DNA of 64,000 nucleotides. Origin: Eledone cirrhosa (Eukaryota). Position 1 is the stretch's first letter. Every line of letters begins with the position of its first letter. Where the stretch lies: NCBI GenBank assembly GCA_964016885.1, contig OZ024745.1, forward strand, positions 78,678,001 through 78,742,000, given 5' to 3'. The notes below the pieces were generated by a model, which did no database searches, was not told the origin of the DNA, and worked only from the letters and a program-made list of their open reading frames with translations. Positions 45,490 through 59,446 of this stretch are shown here, piece by piece. Both the position numbers and the translations under genes were made by a program.

Positions 45490-47278
45490 ATGGATGCCAT
45501 TTCCACCTCGCACACTGTCGTGAGTGCCACGCCCACTAAGAAAAGTGGTGGAGGGAAGGTAGGAGTACAAAGCTTGCAGCCTTCCCCCCTCGCATTATCG
45601 AAAAACGTTAAAAATATTGAAACCACGAAACCAAACCCGGTAAATAATACCAGCACCAACAACAAGAACAATGACAATAACACCACAACCAACAACTGCA
45701 ACACCAAGGAAAACATGAACAATATTACCAACAGTGACAGCAACAAAAAAGACAACAACACCAAAACAACATTCGCACAGACTGTAAAAAAAAACGAACT
45801 ATACACGCCAATAGACATAACAAATGCTAAACAACTATTACAAGACGCAAAACAATTCGTGACTTTTGGCGAAAACGGTGCTTTTAGCATCAATTCTCCA
45901 CAGGAATTACGTAGAGAGGCTGTCCTGAAAACTGTGGTTTACAGGACAATATCGAACGAAACAAGAAAACCAGCTCAATTATCACAAAATGAAATTGAGC
46001 TGGTTCTAAAAGATGCAATGAAGGACTTAACCTTCATACAAAAAGGTAAACTGTTTGGTAGCATTCGGGTCTAATGAACAACCAGTCAACAGCTCAAAAG
46101 TACTCGGTATCACCCATTGTGTCCCCCAGCTTCACCTTTTTCCCCACATACAGGGGAAAAAGGACACAAAGAATAAAAATAATGAGTATCACACCAAATG
46201 TAAATATTTGGTGGATACTATGTGGAATCATTGACTTTGACGAAGACAAGATAATTTCAATAGGAATCCTCCGGAGGTGTATTTGGTGGGACCAGCGTAG
46301 AAGTTCTGGTGCAAATGAGCCCAGAACGAATAGCGAATATCCCACAACGCGTGCCTCTTGACGGGCTAACTTATAGAAACATTTCAGTGGAGGGAAGGCG
46401 GCCGTCATGTTACCACTGCTTAAGCAGGGGTCACCTGAGGGCTGCCTGTCCTCAATTAACGAGTCAAAAAAAAAAGGTTCTTCTGCCAACCCCGAACACA
46501 ACAACACAACCACCACCACCACAACAACAACAACAACAACCACAACAACACGGAAAAATAACAACACAAAACACTGTTCCACCCAACTCCTCCCCACCTA
46601 AAACAAATACAAAAGCAACCACAACAAAACCCCAAAATATACCCCTCCCCAACAACACGGAAGAGGACTCCGTATCAACGTCACCCAGTGACGACAAGGG
46701 AGAACCCTTTCAACAGGTGAAAAGGAAAAAAAAAAAGGCACCACATTAACAAAAATGCCACAAACACACAACCACCAGCACAAACAGAACAAACATCACA
46801 AATAAAAAAACCCACCCCTCCCCAAAACATAACACATACTACAAAACGCAAACACGCACAAGAACAACAAACAAAAACAAACACAACACAACAAAAACTC
46901 TATACATACATTAACAAGAACAATAAAACGTTGATGAAAGCGATAGAAAATAACCCTTCGGTGGAAACCGAAGGGATCACTTTCACCTACGCAGCGAACA
47001 AACCGCACCTAATGATGATTAGGGTCCCAACGGAAACCTATGTAACTTTGAAAAAGAACCATCCAATGCATGTGGGGACCAACTGCACCAAACCACATAA
47101 CAGCATCCTATTGAGATGTTTCCCCACCCCCACACCAGACACCCACACCCCACCAAACACCCTAATCCCACCACACACTGATGTCCTCACCCCACTACAA
47201 ACCACCACCCCACCAAACAACCCTTCCAACACCCCCATGGAAATTGTGCAGCCTGGTCCCCAGGAGACGAAAAGGTAA
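45490..47278 (+). pseudogene. Tx1-like ORF1 (gag-like, CCHC zinc knuckle), disrupted
   Basis: ORFs 45481-46074, 46074-46361, 46309-46749 (CYHCLSRGHLRAAC) and 46931-47278. Confidence 0.65.
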
Positions 47279-47320
47279 GTAATTTCCTTTCCTCTTCCTT
47301 TTTAACTCTTCAGCACCAAC

Positions 47321-50300
47321 ATGGCCAATATAAGAGTTGGATGTGTGAATGCACGCGGCTTGGGGTTGTCCTGGAAACAGGGCAAACTCTTAAATGACCT
47401 CCGGTCGCACAGAGTGGATGTAATGGTTATTTGCGAGTCCAGGATCAGCAGCGAGCGCCAACTGGCCCCCATCTTCGACGACTTTGAGATCTACGCATCT
47501 CTCTGTCAGCCGAGGGGTGGGGGTGGGGTTGTCGTTCTGCTGCGAAAATACCTGGGTCTTGCCACACAGAAGGTACACCTGGACCCGGAGGGTCGACTGG
47601 TGGTTTTAGACGTCGGCAGTGGTGAAGGTGGAGCTTTCAGGCTGGTGGCAGCGTATGCTCCATCTGGGACACCGCGACCGGACTTCTTCCGACGCCTGGA
47701 GAATTTCCTGGGAACGTCTCGCTCCTTGCTTTTAGTGGGGGACTGGAATGGTATCCTGGATGCACGTTGGGACTATGTAGGGGCATGTCCCGATAGAGGG
47801 GGTGTAACAGCCTCAAACGATTAATCGGCCGATTTGATCTGGCCGATAGATATTGACTAGATTTTCCGACTGTGCCACGGTGGACGTGGAGTAATCTCAG
47901 CGGAACATCTAGGTCGTACCTAGATAGGTTCCTAGTTAGAAATAAGGATAGGTACATATTAAGCTGTCCATGAATGTTCATGGTTGACTATTCGGATCAC
48001 AAGTTGGTGACCGGAGTGGTCAACCTTGATATAACTCATAGACAGGGACCCGGTTATTGGAAGCTAAACTTGTCTTTACCAACAAACAAAGCTTACAGTA
48101 AGCGGATTAGCACACTAGTTAAGCAGCGTTTGACGGGGGCAATTGTCAACAGCAAGTGGTGGGGCTCTCTCAAGAGAGAAATTAGAATAGAATCGATAGG
48201 TTTTAGTCGGGAATTGGCATCAGATAGGAATAGAACTGAAAGGGAATTAACAAATAGAGTAGAAGAGGCGATTAGGAGTGGCAACGTGGCCGGCGTGCTG
48301 GCGTCAAGAACGGCCCTAGACCAGTTCTTTGATGCGAAGCACGAGGGCTGCGTTGTCAGGAGTAAAATACGTGCTCTGGGTAACGAGGGAGCCAAAGCTG
48401 TTAGCTGGGCCCGAGTGACAGAGGCAAAAAGTGGAAACAAGTCCACGATTCGGTCTTTGAAGGACCAGGATGGACGCGTGATCCTTGAACCTGAGCGGAT
48501 GAGCGCGGCCTTTCAACGGCGCTTTGCACGACTGTTCGGAAGAGGCGGCGGGCCGCGTGGGGCCATGGATTTCGGTCCATACCTCGACGGTCTGGCGCGG
48601 CTCTCGAACGGGGAGGCGAAGTCCTGCGAGAGGCCGATTTCAGCCGCTGAAATAGGGGAAGCGCTGAGCCAATGCGGCAAACGCAAATCTCCGGGTCTCG
48701 ATGGTCTACCATACGAACTTTATGTAGCGATGCCCGGCTTGTTCTCCGGTCTCCTCGAGGCGGTCTACTGCAACTGGCAACAGAACGGGAGAATTCCCAG
48801 TTCTGTGACCAAGGGCGTAGTCACGCTGGTGAGGAAGGACGAGAACAAGGGGGATGACATAGATAACTTCAGGCCCATAACTCTGCTAAACACAGAGTTA
48901 AAGATTTTGGCCAAGGTGTTAGCGAAGAGGTTGGCGCTTGTCGTCGGGAACCTGGTGGGAGCAGCGCAGACATGCGCAATCCCGTCCAGGTCCATACACG
49001 ACAACTTCCACCTCATGCGATACATCGTAGAGAGGGTAGGGAACGAACCCGGCTTTGGTGGGGCCCTGATCAACTTCGATCAATCTAAGGCGTTCGATAG
49101 GGTTGACCATCAGTACCTGGATGCGGTGCTCGCGGCGGCAGGCTTCGTACCCGTTTTCAGGGGCTGGATTGCTGCAATGCACAGCAGCAACACCTGCTCG
49201 AGGGTCAAGGTGAACGGCTACCTCTTGGAGCCGTTCCAAATCACGCGATCCATCCGACAGGGATGCCCTCTCTCCTCCCTCCTGTATGTGCTGGCTCTCG
49301 AGCCACTACTGCGGAAGCTGGAGCTGTTGCAGGGCATCCCCTTGGAACCGGGATTGCGGAAAGCGGTGTCGGCCTACGCCGATGACGTGACAGTAATGGT
49401 GTCGTGCGCCTCGGAAATAGGGCAGATCGGCACCTTACTGGAGGAATATGAAAGGTTCACAGGAGCCAAGCTGAACCGGGACAAGTCCGTCGGTTTGCAA
49501 CTCGGGACGTGGAGGGGCAAAACGATGCCCTCCGACGGCATCGTCGGATGCTGGACGGAGGGACCGGTGAAGCTGCTCGGGGTCTGGTTCGGACCGGACC
49601 TCCAGGTGGAGAAAAACTGGGACGAGGTAACGGGCAAGGTGTTTGCACTCGCCCAGAAGTGGGCCGAGTGCAAACTATCCCTAAAAGGTCGAGCGGAGGT
49701 GGGGAACGCTTATATAGCGTCCGTCATCTACTACTGCTTGACCGTCGTGCCTTGCCCAGAGAAAACACTCGCCAAAATGGAGCGCGCGCTCTTCCGATTT
49801 CTTTGGAAGAAGCGGGCTTCATTGGTGAGAAGATCCATCTGCTGTCAACACCCTTCGAACGGAGGGCTGGGGTTGCCGTGGCTGACGATGCGTAGATACG
49901 CATTAAGGCTACGGCACCTCCAGGTATTCCTCACCGGTCAGCCGGTGTGGGCCCTGTTTGTGAGGCGAGCCTTTCCGAGACTCGTCTCACTCACCGAGCT
50001 GCAATCCTGGGTCAAGCAAAGACCGAGAAAAATGGGCGACTGGCACATTGAATGTGCCCAGGCGCTCACGGCCCTCTGGCAAGCGGATCCGGCAATCAGT
50101 GGAGACTCAACCTCAACATTCTATAGAGGGTTGGTGCGCAGTAAGTGCGACGACGCTCTCGGAGAGGCTCTGGGCATGGAGGAAGACGAGCTGGCCAGTC
50201 TGTTCGGTAGGACGTTTGGCCCGGGACCGATGGACAACTTCCAAAAGTCCCTGGCTTGGCAATGTTACCGAGGAGCTCTACCCGTTCGGGACAAGCTCTA

Positions 50301-50757
50301 CAGACACGGGCGCCCGGGTAGGGACCCCTCGAAGAAGATCTGTCCGAGATGCGTGCGTGACGAGGAAACCGTCGCACACGCATTCGTACACTGCCCGGGC
50401 GTTGCTGACATGTGGGGCTATGTGGAACGACTACTGTCGCGGGTGGGACCAATCCGGTTGACCACCGAGAACATTGTCACGATCAAACCGCCTCCCCCTT
50501 TCAAAAACGAAGGAGAGGCGGTTTTCCTCTGTGTGATAGCTATGGCGAAAGAAGTTGTATGGTGGACAAGGTTGAAAGGGCTGAGGTTAGACACCTTTCT
50601 CTCCGGCCAACAACTGGTCCTTTTTTTCAAGTACCACTTTAGAAGAAGGATTAGAATGGAGAGAGAGGTGCCCTACCCCAGCAAGTTTTATGAAAGATGG
50701 GTGAAAGTACCGAGAATGGCCCGAGTGAATGGGCCTTCTCTCTATATCAGCCTGTAG
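47321..50757 (+). pseudogene. Tx1/L1-like ORF2 (APE + RT + zf-RVT-like), frameshifted near 47800-47975
   Basis: NARGL, ICES, YAPS, GDWN, SDH, PGYWKLN, KSPGLDGLPYE, FRPITLLN, DQSKAFDRVDH, RQGCPLS, YADD, CPRC...ETVAHAFVHC. Confidence 0.92.
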
Positions 50758-53577
50758 GTGAGAGAGGAGAAGAATGAGAAGAGGAAGGAAGCACCCGCTC
50801 TTTGTGCTCCTGAAGAGGAGGGTTGCACATTTTTTCGGGGGTGTGTGCGACCCATGTCAACGCCCCTCCCTATTGAGGACATCGATTGTTAAATTTAATT
50901 TGTTATATGTTTTTACACGTCTTTTTAAATGTATGTAAACTCCCCACTTTGTATTTGTCCCAATCTTTGATGCCCTGGTGGCAAATAAATAGAAATATAT
51001 ATCTAATATACAATACGCTCTCCCAACCTTCCTCTCTATATCAATTACCACCAAACTCTCCCCCTCTCTATTTTTATTATACATCACACTCTGCTAACCT
51101 TCCTCTTTAAATCAATTACTACCAAACTCTCCCCTCTCTATATCTATACCTATCTCTCCCATCTGTCTCTACATAACATGTAAATAAATTGTAACGCATA
51201 TACATATACAGATGTTTTAATAGTTTGGTGAGAAAAATATAATTATTGGTGGGGAGCGGCGTGGGGGGGGGGGCATGACTCCTTGTAGCGCATATAGAAA
51301 TAGATATGTTTTGGTAGTTTGGGGAGAAAATTATAATTATGAGGGGTGGGCATAGTCCCCCTGTCTCCCCAGTTCCACCGCCTCTGCTATATATTACAGA
51401 GTAAAAGGTATATATGTATAAGACATTTTATTGATATTTTAATTAAAGTAAATATAAATCTCACAGAAATTATGACAAAAAATAATATTTAATTATACAT
51501 ACGACTAATGGAGTGATATAAGTGATTACACTTCAAAACAGTAAATAAGTGAATTGTTTGGTTGTAAAATTGAATATTCGACAGGGATAGTGGATGTTCG
51601 ACCATATGTAACCCAACAAATGTATAAAAATTCTGCTATATATCATAAATAATTATAATAAAAAGAACAAACAGCATACAAGAAACAAATACTAAAAAGC
51701 GCGGGACATTTTTAAACATTCAAAGTAGCCTCAATTTTGGCGTGATTGGCAAAAAGTCTGAATTAGACGGATTTTGTAACTGAACCATACATCCAATTGA
51801 AATGTAATTTACAGAATCAATTAAAGACATATTAAGAATGTATCAAATGTAAAAATATATACAAAACACATATTTATTCCCTTTGATCAGACTGAAAGTT
51901 GATATTTCAGCATCTGTGTGCCGCCTACATAATTTACATACTTTTACAGCGTTTAAAGTCATTTAAAGGAAATGCTTTTAAAGAAAGTTTAAATGATAAT
52001 GAAAGTTTCGATTTAACAAGACATCTTTTCCAAAAGATAATATTTAAGAAATCATGATGACATAAAGAGTCTTAATTTTTTTGTTTTTTTTCAAAGGTTC
52101 AAAGTAAACCTGGTTTACGGTAACATCTTACTAACATCGCCGCCCGTAACGAGGAGGAGAGGGAGATGAAAGCAGCTAAATGTCGGCATTTGACCGACCG
52201 CTTCGTTTTCGTGCTAGTCGTCGTTGAGACGTCCTATATCGTTGGTCCCCATCAAGACCTCGAGTGTCCTCGGTCCCCGAGTTGCCGTTTTCCTTTGCAA
52301 AATCGAGATGAGTTCATTCCGCCTGAAGAAAAAGCCCCATATAATAAAGTGGTTGACCCAACGCTTGTCGCTAGCTGTTCCTCACGACAATACCTTCACC
52401 ATATTGTTTACGGGGCACAGCTGATACATACCTCCTAGGCAGGAGTAAAAGGTCTGCCACTTCTCCCATCGCATTGCCATTCGCTTTTTCTTTCCATTGT
52501 ACTATTTTATGTATTTTCTTTTCCATGTATAAAGTTCTTAATTTTTCAAGGGAACAAGGGAAATAATTTCAGTATAAAGTTAAGAGTTATTTACCTTTCA
52601 TAGCTTAAATTTTTTTTATTTAAAATATGCACTACATAATACCCACTGAACGGCGAGATGTAATAGGAAGTTTTCTAAGATTAGCTCTTGGACTTACATT
52701 TTAAAGAAGAGGTATGCTCAACTAAATTCGATTCAGTACTTGATTGGCATTTATTCTATTAATTTCCGTTTGGATTGAACATTCCTGCCAACGTGTAAAG
52801 TAAATATATTAGAAAGCACCAATGTTTATAAGTAAACCTTGATTATTAACTGTATCTAGTCATAGTTCGTTCGGGCTATTTTTGACGCACCACTTACTGG
52901 GAAGCCACATGTTGCCAACCTCTTCACATCTGCCATAAACCCGAACGCTACTGCGCGCAACAAAGAGGAGCAGAAGATGGTTAAATATCAGGCATTAACA
53001 GGTCATTTCTTTTTTGTGGCGGTCACAATCAAGACCTTTGGTGTAACTGACTCCTGACTGCCATTTTCCTTCGACAAATCTGAAAGAGGGCATCATGTCT
53101 GAGAAAGGAGCTCCATGGATGGTTAATGTAGTGAATATTGTTGGCAGTTCTCTGCGAAAATGCTTTCACCATTTTGTGTGCGGGACGCAGCCAGAGGTAT
53201 GGAGTTTGTAACTCCTCATTTGCTCTCTCTTTCTTTCCCATCCTTTTCGCTTTTTCTTTTTTTTTTCTGTCATTCGAGATTATAAACGTATTTTGAAAAT
53301 TTGAAATGAATTTTGTAGACATTAGAACTATAGTTCGACTTTGATCGTAAGGATGTCCGCCGATAAGTTTATAGCTTGACTAGGCTGACTATGAAGGAGT
53401 GATGCTAGGGCTGTGAAATCTTGCATGCATTAATTTCAACTCTTATTATTATTAACTGCTTTTTTCCTCAGTAACTGTGCTAAAAAATAAACCTCATTTG
53501 GTCGTTCCATGAAAGTGCCTTGTTCAGCCTACGAACTTTTCAGCCGAACCTCATACATGTGAATTCCAGAGTTGAAA

Positions 53578-53698
53578 TAATAGTTGTTTCTACTTTTGGC
53601 ACAAGGCCAGCAATTATCCCAGTGTATTACTGGTACTTTATTTTATCAACCCCGAAAGGATGAAAGCCAAAGTTAACCTGGGCGGGATTTGAACTCAG
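53578..53698 (-). mobile_element. Truncated SINE
   Basis: Same family as 38670-38855. Confidence 0.8.
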
Positions 53699-54010
53699 CA
53701 GTTCCTCAATCTGTATGATTAGCATATTTTAGAACATATAACGTTTTCAAATATTTTAGTTCGATACGCAACCGGATGATTAATTATTTTTAGAATTAAT
53801 ATTAATCAGAAGAACTTTGCTTGATTAACAAACTTGAAAGTATTTGTTTTGGTGTTTATTGTGGTGTCGTTTCAGTCGATAAAAATATAGGATATATATA
53901 GGATGGCTTTGATTTGAAAATGTTAGCATCATTGTTAAATAGTTAAATATAAACAATACACATAAAGTTGACATTTTAACACATTTTTGTGCATGCTTTC
54001 CCTTATACAT

Positions 54011-54201
54011 ATAATTGTTTCTATTTTAGGCACAAGGCCAGCAATTACTCAGTACATTACTGGTACTTTATTTTATCGACCCCGTAAGGATGAAAGGCAA
54101 AGTTAACCTCGGCGGGATTTGAACTCAGATCATAAAGGGACGTAACTCTATGCTTCAAAGCATGGTGTCCGACTCTCTACCGATACCGCCAATCCACCGC
54201 C
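54011..54201 (-). mobile_element. tRNA-derived SINE with TSD
   Basis: Full copy flanked by ccttatacatataat repeats. Confidence 0.85.
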
Positions 54202-54380
54202 TTATACATATAATAAAATCAGCAACACACAGAAATCTTACTTTATTCTAGTTCCTATTCGCATGGTACCGGCTTTCCCCAACCATTTTTGATTGTACAT
54301 CTCATAATGCTTCATATAAATTATACTGACATATATACATGTGTGTATGTATGTGTGTGTGCGTGCGTGCTAGTGTGTGT

Positions 54381-54454
<74 letters not shown>

Positions 54455-55317
54455 AGGGGAAACTCGTAGGAATAATGCTCCCTTACTTTTGGGAATAAGG
54501 AAGCGGGGTTCTCTCACTATCTGAAATAATTCAATTCATAAATTATCCAATGTAATGGCATCGTTAATTTCCATGCCCCCAAAGAAATAGATATACAGTC
54601 GTCCCCCGGTATTTGCGTGGGTTACGCTCCTAGAGCACCCGCGAATATTGGACGTGGTTCATAAAAATGCCTATAAACGTCAAAATATAACGTAAAATAT
54701 AATTTTAAAAATGAGGGAGCGTCTTATACGAAGGGGCGTCCAATAAGCCGGCAAATACGGTATATTGTTATTAATAATTTAGCGTTAAAATATATATATT
54801 GCCACGAAAAAAGCCATTTAAAAAATCGTGGAAGATATTTACGATTCCGCGAATATGCGGTGGTTTCCACGAACAATTATTAGTTAGGTTTCCAAGGAAA
54901 ATTCTGTGCTGTTGTTGATGCAAGTACCAGATAAGAAAGACTTTTTACACTGTATACAATTATTGTTTCAGTTCTTTTAACTTTGGGTGAACTGCAGTGG
55001 CATTATCGCAAAACCTACATTTTTTTTCTTTAAATCGTAAAATACCCACTCCCGCTTATTTCTTGCTGGCCCCGGCCATTCCTTTCACTTTGATGTTAGA
55101 ACTCACGGCTGCTAAATACTTTAAAACAGATAATTCTTTCTAATTCGTTGACATAGTATATACTTTTTAAAATAAATAATGTACATTCCACAAATGTAGC
55201 GGACTACCATATAGCAGGGGATCAAGAATCTGCATACGCATATGCATCCTTGAAATAAATGTGATTCAATGCAAGTAAAGCGAGCATTTCTTTTTATCCG
55301 TGAATGCTCTTATATAT

Positions 55318-55456
55318 GGCGGTGAATTCGCAGAGTCGTTAGAACGTCGGATAGAATGCTTTGCGGTATCGTTTGGGATCTCTACTCTTTGAGTTCAAAT
55401 CCCGCCTTTCATCCATTCGAGGTCGATAAAAAAAAATACTATTCAAGTAGTGGGGC
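55318..55456 (+). mobile_element. Diverged tRNA-derived SINE
   Basis: ggcggtga...gagttcaaatcccgcc...tttcatcc...gtcgataaaa. Confidence 0.65.
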
Positions 55457-55686
55457 AATTCTTCTTCTATATTTCTTTCTCACTTCCTTTCTGGGAGAAA
55501 TCTGCTGTATTCAGACCTATAGATAAGATGGGCTCCACCAGGTTTTAAAATGCCCAAGAAACGTCGTATATAGCGTTCCTACGACTCCTTTCGGAGTTAA
55601 GAGACTATGCATGCTCTTATATATGTATGAAGTCGCTTCAGTGAGCTGAAGCAGCGTATACATTCACATGATGGGACCGGAAAGCT

Positions 55687-56073
55687 GTGGATTGGCAGTA
55701 TCGGTAGAGGGTCAGACACCATGCTTTGCAGCAAAGACTTATGGCCCTTTATGGTCTGAGTTCAAATCCCGTCGAGGTTAACTTTGCCTTTCATCCTTAC
55801 AGGGTCGATAAAATAAAGTACCAGTAATACACTGGGATAATTGCTGGCCTTGTGCCAAAAGTAGAAACAATTATATCTCATATTGGTGAATTGGCAGTAT
55901 TGGTAGAGGATCGGGCGCCATGCTTTGACGCATAGAGTTACGGCCCTTGCCATTCTGAGTTCAAATCCCGCCGAGGTTAACTTTGCCTTTCATCTTTACG
56001 GGGTCGATAAAATAAAATACCAGTAATGCACTGGGATAATTGCTGGCCTTGTGCCAAAAGTAGAAACAATTAT
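55687..56073 (+). mobile_element. Two tandem SINE copies
   Basis: A/B boxes and tail ggccttgtgccaaaagtagaaacaatta occur twice. Confidence 0.85.
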
Positions 56074-57416
56074 TTTATATGCAAATAATTAAATGGAGAA
56101 AGATTCATGAACAGTGCATATGCTTTACTTTTACTGTGAGGTAGCGTACATATTCTTTCTACTAGAAACATATGAGCTTTTATTTCAACTTGTATTATTT
56201 TCTGATTCTATTATACGTCTGGCATTTGACTTTGATTACTAATGTTGTGTCCAGACTACTTCACTCCGTTGTAGTTGATTCCAGCAAGGCTGGCTAGCGA
56301 GAGTGTGTACAGTAATTGTCGCTATAGCGCAAGCCGACGAAACAAGCGACCACTCTGTTGGGAAGCGGAAAATAGACTAATTTTTTAAAGAGAAATTTAT
56401 CTATTATTCTCCCTGCGTACAAGTGGCACCGTTAGTTCTTCAACCAGAGAACATTATCTAAGTTATGGGGCTCTGAGGTCAGTATTAAGATGGTTGTGTG
56501 TGGCAGACTAAGAAAAACAATTTTTGGAAAACGTGACGAGATTTCGCTACAGATTTTATTTTGTGGTGCGCAATCCTATTTATGCACGGTATTTGTCTCT
56601 CATGCTACATATGACAATATTATTTTGTTAGACTATTCTTATCTGTATATATAGTGCAGGTTTTTAACCGAAGTTGCGAGAAATGTGTGTGTAATCATAT
56701 ATTTGTAGTAAGACGCCTCACGCCTCCTAGCGGATAATGGAACAGGCTTAGTTGTCTCCCCCTGATTGAGAACACCAGAGGTAACCAGAGACAGCCACGG
56801 AAAGCAGACGATATACACGCCACAGAAAACAGCCTCTGTACCACGAAACGATAAACAGCCAAGGGAACAGCAAACAGCAAACCCCACAATACCTTTGTAA
56901 TTGTAATACGCTCCTTTCACCACAACTGACCGCGTCTATATTTGGTATGTTCGATTTGTAATATAATAAACACATATAAACAAAATAAACATCACCATTA
57001 TTTACAATTGTTGAATATAACTCTCGTTGTGGTTATTGTCTTGTTTACGCACACACCCACTCACTTTGTTATAATTCTCACTTACAAAAATGGTAAATAG
57101 ACGAGGGACCTTCCCTCACGTCTATTTCGATAAACAATCCAACTAGGATACATTCATTTTACCACACATTCTTTTCATATTTAAGCATGTATTTACGGGT
57201 TTTTCGTATTTTCTAAAAGATAAATAATTTCAATCGAGTGTTGATCTTCATTGAGATCATCTTTAGAAACTCTTCGTCTTTCAAAACACACAACCAAAGG
57301 CTTTGTATACCCTAAATTAGAGAACTAATGTGCATAATTTTGCACATAATTTTGCATTAAGAAGCTGAAGATTGTGAATGTAAACACACATTTTAAAATA
57401 TCTAACCATGTAAATC

Positions 57417-59097
57417 TGTAACGAAGGATATTAAAAGTGGTTGTTAGATGAAATAACAAGAATAGCTGATTTACTTTATATAAAAAGGTTTACTTCACTT
57501 CTGTCAAAAAGAACAATAAACAAGTTACCACGAGTCGCGAAGGTTGGCGATGTTATTTTGTTGTTGGTTCATGAGGCTGGTGTAGCCTGAGGCCAGGAGA
57601 GAGAGAGAGAGTAATGGTCTGTGGTTGTCTGTAGACACCAGCGGCCTGTAGGTAGTGGTGAATCTTTCACATAGCTATACTATGGCGTACTGCTCCGATC
57701 TCTCAAACGTGGGGTGATACATGCTTTATATACCTGTCGCTTTCTGTCTCCCACCTTGAGGGATCGCCCACGCATGAACCCGTCCACGCCAGAAAGGATG
57801 GTGACCTAGAATTTGACTTTTAGTTTTCACGCAGGATTCAAGGCGTAGACATATTTCGCTACATTAGTTCCCTACCCAGATCGATGCAGGAGCAGCGATC
57901 AATTACAAAAGAGGTAGCGAAATCTGATTCCAGAAGCGTGTCCCAAAACATACAAAATGTGGGTACTGCGCCCGTATTTGAGTGCAGAGAAATTTGGAGA
58001 GAAAAAAAATAATAATAATATCGTATAACTGTGTATGCATGTGTAACATTTAGAAGAAACTGTAACTATACAAAGTTGTGATCATGTATTTCGAACTGTT
58101 GTGTATGGATGGCTGAGCGTTTGGTGTTGCGGTATTGGATTATGATATGACAATACAGAGGACTATTTCTCTCGATGTATTATCATACGTAAGATGCTTT
58201 TCCAGTGAGTCGAGGTTTACGCTATGACATGAGTGTGTGCAATTTTTAGTTGCGTGCCTGGGTGAGTCCAGGCGTGTAGTCCCCGTGGGTGTTTCTCATG
58301 TGTTTAATAGCCCTTTGCCGTACCTCGACCAGTTGAAAAGTGATCTCGCAGAATCCTCATCGAATCAAGAACATACCATAGACAACAACATGTTGGTGTG
58401 TGACAAAGAAATGTGTGTGCGCATGCAGGCATGTAACACAGTTTAAAAGAAATGTGCGTATGCAGTAATGTAATACAGTTTAAAAGAAATAAATGTTCGA
58501 ACATTGTTTGTAAAAAAGGAAGAAATAATTGTTTTTTCAAAAAGTTCAGTTTTTCTCTTCTTTATGTTATCGTTTTCTTGCTAGGAAGCTAGTAGTATTG
58601 TCTGTTGTTGTTGGAGATTACAAAGCACGTGGTGAAGTGTTCGGTAATGAATTGAAACATCGAAGCGAAGTCACTGTAAATATTTCATAGAATCGAAGTT
58701 TGGTGAATAATTTGAAGTGAAGTTTTATCATATCGTACCATTTAGATGAGAAGCTTGGTAATTATAGATTGCTGAGAAAGCTGCTGTTGAGAAAGTTGTT
58801 GATGTTGGCAATGGAAGCCATGATCAGAGAAGAAAGGTTGCATGTTGTTTTCTTTTTTTAAATGCCACTTCGTATTTTTTTATAGAGGAACCTGTTCGTT
58901 CCCACGTCTGGGTCACCAATGTAACGAAGGATATTAAAAGTGGTTGTTAGATGAAATAACAAGAATAGCTGATTTACTTTATATAAAAAGGTTTACTTCA
59001 CTTCTGTCAAAAAGAACAATAAACAAGTTACCACGAGTCGCGAAGGTTGGCGATGTTATTTTGTTGTTGGTTCATGAGGCTGGTGTAGTCTGAGACC

Positions 59098-59130
<33 letters not shown>

Positions 59131-59386
59131 ATTGTTTGTGGTTGTCTGTAGACACCAGTGGCCTGTAGGTAGTGGTGAATCTTTCACAAAGCTATACTAT
59201 AGCGTACTGCTCCGATCTCTCTGTGTCAAACGTGGGATGATACAGGCTTTATATACCTGTCGCTTTCTGTCTCCCGCCTTGAGGGATCGCCCACGCATGA
59301 ACCCGTCCACGACGGAAAGGATGGTGACCTAGAATTTGACTTTTAGGTGTCACCCAGGGTTCAAGGCGTGGACAGATTTCGCTACA
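57417..59386 (-). mobile_element. Non-autonomous LTR element (Gypsy-like; TRIM-like or internally deleted)
   Basis: TG..CA LTRs at 57417-57863 and 58920-59386; 4-bp TSD aatc; PBS tggtgacccagacgtg (tRNA-Trp-like) at 58903-58918 on the minus strand; purine tract gggtagggaa next to the 3' LTR; ~1.06-kb internal region without a long ORF. Confidence 0.88.
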
Positions 59387-59446
59387 AATCTATCTTATGT
59401 ATTTGTTTCTTCGAACAAATAGTAATTGATATTATACTGTAGCTGC

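Larger units (their letters stand above)
45350..50995 (+). mobile_element. Near full-length Tx1/L1-clade LINE with a few frameshifts or stops
   Basis: ORF1 fragments with a CCHC knuckle, then APE, RT and a C-terminal cysteine-rich domain. Boundaries are approximate. Confidence 0.88.

Noticed and set aside
52140-53330. GC-richer patches as host exons or TE remnants
   Set aside because: No recognisable protein motif or convincing splice pattern; a homology search is needed.
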